This document shows, piece by piece, positions 54,986-64,000 of a stretch of DNA of 64,000 nucleotides. Below the pieces are notes generated by a model. The model had not been told where the DNA came from, did not search any database, and worked only from the letters and a program-made list of their open reading frames with translations. How positions within the stretch are numbered: the stretch's first letter is position 1; every line of letters starts with the position of its first letter. Location: the NCBI RefSeq assembly GCF_009914755.1, contig NC_060930.1. The stretch is one strand, 5' to 3'. Origin of the DNA: the human T2T-CHM13v2.0 reference genome, Homo sapiens. The position numbers and the translations under genes were made by a program.

Positions 54986-55290
<305 letters not shown>

Positions 55291-56084
55291 TAGTGTATTT
55301 TTAACATAAAAGTTCAATTTAAAAAAAAGATTATAATTTTCTGTAATTATGGACAACTTAATCACATAACATTTGTATAAATTTCTTTTTTACTAACTTT
55401 ATTATGACTTACACAGACCATTCACAACATGCTTGGACTTTCTGCTTTGACCTAAGTGTCACTCTTTCTGGAATAACTCGGTCATTTTATCTTAGGACAA
55501 AAATTCACCAAACAATATTTTTCTCATACAAAATTACTTTTCTTTTAAGCTTTCTTACCAAAAATACCTCTGTATATCTATACTTTTCTTTATATTGGTC
55601 TATTTCCTGGTTCCTTTCACATTCTTATTTATACAGGACTTTTAAATAAGCTTTGAATTAGACAAAAATTATTTACCTTTTAATAAGAACATATTTTAAA
55701 AAAAGAATAAAATATAATTTTTTGAATTGGAAAATACCCAGATATTTAATTAAATATCTATTATTGAATTTAATATAATTTTATATTCTAAATTATGACA
55801 AGTTTATTTACAGGTATTTATCCCTTTACATTTACCTGATTATTTTATTTTAATATTTTATGTAGACTATGAAAACTGTGATAGTCATCATTTAAAGTTA
55901 TTTCCCTGTCAATGATTTTTATAGCCTATGAAGTTCAGGTGTTTACCTAAGTAAGAACCTCAGGATTAAATATATGGTTATTTTACCAATAATTCCAAGT
56001 TTAGCTGTTTTCATTAAACCAACAATATTTGATATCTTGTTTGTCAAAAACTACACAAGCAAAGATCATTCTGTTTTGGGTTGG

Positions 56085-56481
56085 TGTATTAGTCTGTTCT
56101 CACATTGTTATTAAAAAATCCTGGAATTGGGTAATCTATAAAGAAAAGAGGTTTAATTGGCTTACAGTTTTACAGGCTATATAGGAAGCATAGCAGCTTT
56201 TGCTTGGAAACTTATAATCATGGTGAAAGGTGAAGGTGAAGCAGGCATGTCTTACATGGCTGGAGAAGGAGGAAGAGAAGGTTGTTGGGGAGGTGCCACA
56301 CACTTTTAAACAACCAGATCTCATGAGAACTTACTATCACCATGACAGCCCCAAGGGGGATGGTGTTAAACCATGAGAAACTACCCCATGATCCAATCAC
56401 CTTCCACCAGGTTCCTCCTCCAACACTGGGGATTACAATTTGACATGAGATTTGGGTGGGGATACAGATCCAACCATAACG
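56085..56481 (-). mobile_element. MaLR solo LTR (MSTA/B-type)
   Basis: tgtattagtctgttctcac...; TSD gttgg. Confidence 0.88.
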
Positions 56482-58841
56482 GTTGGGTTTACAGTTTTAT
56501 AAACTTTATGTCAAATTTTGACACAGAGTATTTGTCAGGGATAAGTATGAAATTGCTGATCAATAAATGCAAACAAAAATATATGTTGACAATTTATAAG
56601 ACATTTCTAATATTACTTGACCAATAATTTTAAGCCAGTTTATTTATAAAAGGTTTTACTTGTCACATGACCTTGAAAAGCATTTGGGCTTATTGTTTAA
56701 TGTATGAGTACCCTTCAACTTTAAGCCATTTTAGTACCTTGTGGCCAAAAACACATAATAAAATACATGTTTGTACACATAAACACACATATACACACTC
56801 ATACAAAGATCCTGTTGCTTTCACTTCAAAATTTTAGCTATGAGATATTAATATAAACTTACCAGTTTGCAAAAACAATAACAAAAAGAAACGGTTGGAT
56901 GCAAACAGTGGATTTTATCTCAGTAGAAATGTGTTAATAATAGCAGACAAAGCAGGTGGAAAAGAAAACAGAGATAGAGAACTTAGGAACTTTAGAGTTG
57001 CAGGTTGAACTTTAGGTTCTGAATTTTCCTTGATGTAATTTGCCCATCAGTTTAAAATGCGCACAAGAACAGACCTAATGTGTAACCAGCTGGAGTATTA
57101 GAAAACCTGGCACGCCCTTCCATTTACACAACCACTTGCAAGTAGAGGCACCATGAAACGAAATGAGGTGCCTGAGAGGCCTTGTTCTTGTTTTTCCATA
57201 TCCTTAATTTATTCCCCACATATTTTCTTAAAAGGAGGAACTGAGCTGTGGCCTAAGTTTTAGTTTAGTGGGTCAAAATATGCTGATTCTGGGTGGGGCT
57301 CCACAGTGTGTCACCAGTGAGTCGTTGCCACCCTCTTATGTATCTCAGTTTCTCTCTCTGGAGGTTTAGACCTCCGAGTGCTCAAAACATGGAGTTCCTA
57401 CATGAGCTTCCTGGATGAACCTTTTTAAACTAATTTTGCTGGGGGTTCCCTGTAGGGCGGCTGCATTTCATGGGGTTGGTAGTCAACCCCTTAGGCTCCA
57501 CCCCAGTAACCCAGGGATGCCTTTTGGCTGGAAGGAGCAAAATGCCCTTTCTTTTCAGAGCTTAGGAAACTCAGTCTGACATTTATCTACAAAAACAACA
57601 GTTTAGTTGCTCTCACAAATACACAGACAAGCCAATCGAGATTAATTTTGGGAGAGAAGACAATGAGAAAGCTCTTTAGAATGCACCTCTGAACTAGAAT
57701 TAGGATCCTAAACAACAACTTCATTGGTGGGGGCAGCGGGGTGGAAAAAGCTAAGACCAGCTGTAAACTGTCCTCAGCCACTCCTAACTTTATAGCTCTT
57801 GTCTGCCATTACACACTCCAAGGTCACATCTTCTCACAGTACAAGGTAATCTCTGGTGCCCGCAAAAGCCAAGAGGGTCAGGTAATGCAATACAGGAAAG
57901 CAGAGTTTTAAATCTAAGAAGAATCTGCCCATGACTCTTGAAACCCCACAAAGAAAACAGAACACCCCAAAAGGGGGTGGGAGTGGTGCCTTTGTTCTGA
58001 GTTCTTTAAGGGGTCTGAGACATTAGAACCCTTCTGTAGATTTTTCTTGGTACCAGAGATGGTGAAGGGGGAAGGAAAAATAGAGTGGAACAAAAGTAAA
58101 CAGAAGAATAATTGTTTTTTGTTTTTTTTTTTTAAGAAAGGAAGTGAACACAGAAACCAAGCACATGTTTTTGTTTTTGTTTGTGCAGCTGCCAGGAATT
58201 TTAGCCAATTCAGAGGCCTTGTTTCCCCTAATTTGGAATTCTCATTGGAATTTGACCAAGTCTGTTATAGTTGATCAAATCCTATGGGAGAAAGATCAGA
58301 ACAACAAAAACCCCAACAATATGATTACTGAGTGCTCTAACGGTAAGGAGAAATTAAAACCAGCTGCTTGTCAATTTCAACTTGTAGTCATTAAGGAGAA
58401 TTTCCAAGACAAAAAAATCCCAATTCTTGCTACTTACCTAGGAATAGAGCCCTGGCACAAGATTGCTCTTTACCATCTTAGAAGCAGGAAAAATACCTGG
58501 AAAGGTGCACAGGAACAGACATAAGGTTCTTGCCTTCCCTATCGGAAACTAGCTGAAACTCCAGAAATGAGTTACCTGCTATGCATCATCATGGAAGCAG
58601 AAAAACTTGCTTTCCTTGTTGGAATCAAGTAAAACTCCAGAAAAGGAGTTGTAGAGCAAAATAAGCTTTAGATCTCGACCAAATTTTGAGAGATCAGGGA
58701 TTCTCTGGAGGGGGAACTCCCAGGCCTCAGCAAATTGTCCTTCTGATTTGAGCCATAAGGATAGCTCAAGCTGGTACCAAGCACCAATAGATTCATCAAA
58801 GGTCAGGGGCACCTCCACTCAGAATCCCTTCATCACCAATT

Positions 58842-59480
58842 TGTGAACTCAAAAGTATCTGAGACAGATCTCAATACATTTAGACGGTTTATTTTGCCAA
58901 GGTTAAGGATGTGCCCATGACACATGTGCCCATGACACAGCCTCAGGAGGTCCTGATGACATGTGCCCACGGTGGTCAGGGTACAACTTGCTTTTATACT
59001 TTTTAGGGAGGCATAATACATCAATCAATACCTGTAAGATGTACACTGGTTCAATCTGGAAAAGCAGGACAACTTGAAGTGGGGGCTTCCAGGTTATAGG
59101 TAGATTTAAGAATTTTCTGATTGGCAATTTGTTGAAAGAGTTATGTTGTTACCCAAAGACCCAGAATCAATAGAAATACCTGGGTTATGATGATAAGGGG
59201 TTGTAGAGACCAAAGTTTATCAGGCAGATGAAGCCTCCAGGTAGCAGATTTCAGAGAGAATAGATTGAAAATGTTTCTTATCAGACGTAAGTTTAATGCT
59301 GGTCAGCTTTTCCTAAGTTCCAAAAGGGAGGAGGGTATACTGAGTTATATCCAACTCTCCCTTCCCATCATGGCCTGAACTAGTTTTTCAGGTTAACTTT
59401 ACAATGCGCTTGGCCAAGAGGGGGCGTCCGTTTAGATGGTTTGAGGTGGGGAGGGCTTACAATTTTATTTTTGGCTTACA
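58842..59480 (-). mobile_element. MER4A-type LTR (5' LTR of the composite provirus)
   Basis: Minus strand TGTAAGCCAAAAATAAAATT...GATACTTTTGAGTTCACA. Confidence 0.8.
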
Positions 59481-59680
59481 TAGTAAAGGTTAATTATCTC
59501 AATACAATTAGGTCATCTTCATTTTTCTTTTAAAAACTTTTGTCTTCCTTTATCTCCCTGAATACACAGGCAGTTTACTATTTTCTCATTGCAAGACCCA
59601 TTCTCAAATATTATTTTCTTTTAGAGAGACTCTTGCTGTTATTTAGGTTCACAAGATGGTGTCAGAAGTGAAATAAAAGT
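59481..59680 (+). mobile_element. Older LTR end (LTR37-like) with tRNA-Leu-type PBS
   Basis: ...cttttagagagactcttgctgttatttaggttcaca then tggtgtcagaagtg. Confidence 0.55.
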
Positions 59681-60462
59681 GGCCTCACCTCAGATGGATC
59701 AGAGGCCCCTCGAATTGAGTGAAGTACCTACTGACCCCTTTGGCCCTCACCTCTTTTTATACCAGGAAAGGGACTGGCACATCTCTGGTTATGTAGCAAA
59801 AATGTCCCATAGCCCAAGGGCTGGGGTCTGACATCCAGTCTGACTACATACCTGTGTTGTTCAGCTCCACGAATTTTCCTTAAAAAGGCTGTCTGAGAAG
59901 CCAATGTGTGAGTGTTCTCTACTACTCACCTTTTATTGGTAGATATCTGCTCAATATTTAATTTTGGAGATACATTGTGGGTATTATAACATTTTATAAT
60001 TAGCTCTAGAAAGGACACTCTGGGAATGTGCTAGTCAGAACATATCTCTGCCACTCTTTCCTCTCAATTAAATATCTGACACTTATCTCCTGGGCAGAGG
60101 AGATACTGGAGCAAAGAGAGCTTGGGGTACGTGGTTAAGCCTTAAAGCCCTGTAACAGTACCAATGGAGAGACCAGTTATTATTTGCAGGGCGGTGGAAG
60201 GTAGAGTAAGTATTGCATCTCATAAATGAAGCTAACTAATGACTATACAAACAAAGCTGGCACTTATTTTCTAAGTCATCCACTTATATCCTTATCAGGC
60301 ATAAGAAGTGGTACCTTAAATTGGACCCAGGCAGTAATCTTAAGACAATTTAACTTGGCATGAATAATGGTTCAATAACGTGAATTTCTGGTAACCAGAA
60401 ATAAGTAGGGGAAAAAAAATTAAGTTTAGACACAAAACTGTGTTGGAAAGATGATGCTTTAA

Positions 60463-60757
60463 TTTTTTTTTTTTTTTTTTGAGACGAAGCCTTGCTCTGT
60501 CACTAGGCTGGAGTGCAGTGGCGTGATCTCAGCTCTCTGCAACCTCTGCCTCCTGGATTCAAGCGATTCCTGCCTCAGCCTCCTCAGTAGCTGGGACTAC
60601 AGGTATGCACCATCACGCATGGCTAATTCTTGTGTTTTTAGTAGAGACGGGGTTTCACCATGTTGGCCAGGATGGTCTCAATCTCTTGACCTTGTGATCC
60701 GCCTGCCTCGGCCTCCCAAAGTGCTGGGATTACAGGCATGAGCCACCGCACCCAGCC
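60463..60757 (-). mobile_element. Alu (AluS-type)
   Basis: poly-T plus reverse dimer. Confidence 0.95.
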
Positions 60758-61416
60758 AATGCTCTTACTAATTAACACAAATGGAAGCAATGACTCTTAA
60801 GAGCCAAAAGATAGAGAGAATGTAATCCAACCCTCTCATGAGGCTAAGCGATTTGCCCACAGCCACCAGGTTTGGTCAATCACTCTTGGAAAATAGCGTA
60901 TACCAATTCATCAAAGTTTGAGGACAAGGGAATAAAAAACAAAATATAATATTGGTGATGAGAAGGCAGGATTACTCTTATTTATAGACAACACGTTTGT
61001 ACACTGGGAAAACCAATCAACTAAAAACCATGAAGAAAAAACAGTTTAGATGTTGGCTAGATACAAAAACAACTTGTAACAATAGTTTGTGTGTGCGTGT
61101 ACATATAGACAGCCATTCAGGAGCCACAATGCAAGATGACATTCCCATAGGCAACAAAAAACATAAAATATCAAGGAATACACTTAGTAAATTTTCTACA
61201 CCTGTATGAAGTAAACCTCTAATGAGGGATGTAAGACTTGAAGACAGAAATAGTCTCCATTCTTGCAGAACATTCAACCCTTGAAAATATTAGTTATTTC
61301 TAAACATTTTATAAAGTCAAAACAATGCCAACATAAATCCCAAAGGAGTTTAAAATTTGGGGGAAAACTTGGCCAAAAAATTTAGGTTATAGTTCACCTA
61401 AAAAATAATTATTGCT

Positions 61417-61560
61417 GGCAGGGCGCAGTGTCTCACACCTGTAATCCCAGCACTTTGGGAGGCCGAGGCAGGCAGATCATGAGGTCAGGAGATCGAGACC
61501 ATCCTGGCTAACATGGTGAAACCCTGTCTCTACTAAAAATACAGTAAGTAAATAAATAAA
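61417..61560 (+). mobile_element. Alu left arm joined directly to a (TAAA)n tail
   Basis: TSD aataattattgct on both sides; right arm absent. Confidence 0.85.
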
Positions 61561-61632
61561 TAATTATTGCTAAGAAATATGAGCAATGAACATTGGCTGA
61601 AAGTATTCAGGAAAGCCTCAGAAGTCAAAACA

Positions 61633-62022
<390 letters not shown>

Positions 62023-62087
62023 TCAGCATAGAAAAGTTAGATAATTTAATGAATAGTATTTGGGATAACTAATTTGTTAAGGGAAAT

Positions 62088-62530
62088 ATATGAGTTGAGT
62101 TGTATCCTCAAAAAGATGTGTTGAAGTCCTAACCCCTGGTACCTATGAATGTGATCTTAACTGGAAAGTGTCTTTACAGATGTAATCAAGTTAAGAGGAG
62201 GTCATACTGGATTAGAGTGGGACTAATCAATCCAATTGACTGGTGTCCTTATAAAGATCTGGACACAGACATACAGAGAAGAATGCCAGGTGACAAGAGG
62301 CAGAAATTGGAATAATGCAGCCATAAGTCAGAGAATATCAAGGATTGACAACAATCACTAGAAACTAGGAAGGGGCCCTCCACCCCTAGAGCTTTCAGAT
62401 AGAATCTGGCCCTATTGAAACCTTGATTTCAGACCTCTAGCCTCTGAACTGTGAGATAACAAATTTCTGTTGTTTTAAGCCACCCAAGTTTGTGGTAATT
62501 TATTACGGCAGCCACAGGAAACTAAAACAA
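62088..62530 (+). mobile_element. MLT1-type MaLR LTR among old L1M fragments
   Basis: tatgagttgagttgtatcctcaaaaagatgtgttgaagtcctaacccc...ggcagccacaggaaactaa. Confidence 0.8.
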
Positions 62531-63847
62531 AAAAATAAAGCTGGATCTCTATCTCTGTCCTCAAAGGAAAAAAATCTAGATGGATAGAAGAATTAAATGT
62601 AAAACAATCATCACCAAAGACCAGAAGAAAACATGAGTGAAAACTTCTATCTTTTGGGGAAAGGGGAAGGGCTTTTTAAAAATAGAAGGAAATAAATAAA
62701 TTTGACTTTATAAACAACTTAAACATCTGTGTGGTAAGTCAAAAGGCAGGAAATTATAAAATAAATCTGTAACTCAGGGCAGATAAAGGGTAGTAAGAAA
62801 GATATAAACAGCCCATAAAAAAATGGACAAAGAACAAGATGAGTTGGCATGAAACTATAAATAAGATATAAAAACATGCTCAAATTTACTAAAGAAATGC
62901 AAATGCATTTAATGTGTAAAGTGTTTTACCGAGATTAAAGACTTATTTCAGTCAATTAGCTAGGGTGTAAAAACAGGTACTTCATTCACATTTGATGGGA
63001 GTACACATTGGTATAATCATTTTGGAGGGTAGTAAGTATTACCTCTTCCTTGGCTATTTCAATTATTTTCATATTTTTGCTTTTCCCATTCTAATGTGTG
63101 CATTGTTCATGTAGTTTTTTTTTTTTTTTTGTAATTTTCCCACAAGAGAGATCAAAGTCTGTTGAAGGATATTACTTTTGTGGAATGTGATATGTATGGG
63201 GTATCAGTTTGAAAAGCAATTTACAAGACATTACCCTAAAATCAGTGACTATACCAGTTCCACTGCAAACCACACCACTACTTTTTTCACTGATAGTATC
63301 TCATTTGTAATTTGCATTTTTAAGTGAAGAGAAATATCTTTCCAGAAACCAAAGAAATGTGATTTGCTACTCATGTAAATTGTATTTCATTTTTTTTGGT
63401 CCATTAATTCACAGATTCATATTAATTTCTGAATATTTCTATCCTCTTAGTAATTCCAAGAAATCCTTGGGTAACATATATATTAACTCTTGGTTTGCCT
63501 CTCACTGGGGATTCTTTCCACACCATGTAATTCTCAAGGTTCCATCCATTTCCATGGCTCTGCCCACCACCTTTATGCTAGATTCCTCAATCCACATGCT
63601 CTACAGCTAAATCTTTTCTTCTCAAACCACTTAGAACAGTGTTCTGCACACTGGGTGTTAAGCACTGAAATATAGACCTATAAGGACCATTTAAAAATAT
63701 TATTTTTAGGGTTGTTTTAAATATTAAATATGAACAATTAGCAAATAATCCTATAGCATTAATGCATGGAAACAAGCAGTGGATATAAAAATATTCTGCT
63801 TAACTATGAAAGACTGCCTAAGTGCTTGAATAAATGAATACAAAAAC

Positions 63848-64000
63848 GAGTTTTAAAATTCTTTATTTAAAAATCTCTAACTGTAATGTTTCATAAAAAA
63901 TATACACGTTTCTATTTACATATTCCATTAATTCTATTAGTTTGAATTAGATTTTAAGTCCAATTTTGAAAAGCTTGCAGAATTTCTTCTGAAATTACTT
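63848..64000 (-). other. IFNGR1: Distal end of the IFNGR1 3' UTR, with poly(A) signal at 63862-63867
   Basis: Minus strand ...GAGATTTTTAAATAAAGAATTTTAAAACTC matches my recollection of the IFNGR1 mRNA end, and its position fits the known IL22RA2-IFNGR1 order. No coding sequence in the window. Confidence 0.7.

Overview
Human/great-ape genomic DNA, recognised as the 6q23.3 class II cytokine receptor cluster. It holds the complete IL22RA2 (IL-22 binding protein) gene on the minus strand. Six coding exons (28111 to 11984) splice with GT-AG junctions into a 263-aa secreted protein, and a probable non-coding exon 1 lies at about 39775-40010. The last ~150 nt look like the 3' UTR end of IFNGR1, also on the minus strand. 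Most of the rest is transposable element: an old near-full-length L1, about 16 Alus, L2/MIR, several MaLR/ERVL LTRs, a defective ERV3-like (HERV1-type) provirus nested in an older LTR in intron 1, and a composite MER4/MER61 provirus upstream. I cannot support a wholly new biological system. The best second-look signals all show transposons shaping IL22RA2: an Alu target-site duplication that copied the exon-1 splice donor, with the two copies differing only at donor-critical bases; a perfect p53 element in a MER61-type LTR ~7 kb upstream; an LTR-derived coding exon; a MIR-derived first exon with several uORFs; inverted Alus around the skippable exon 6; and an overlapping-palindrome C/EBP-like cluster. 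Repeat subfamily names come from my recall of consensus sequences, not from a database search.
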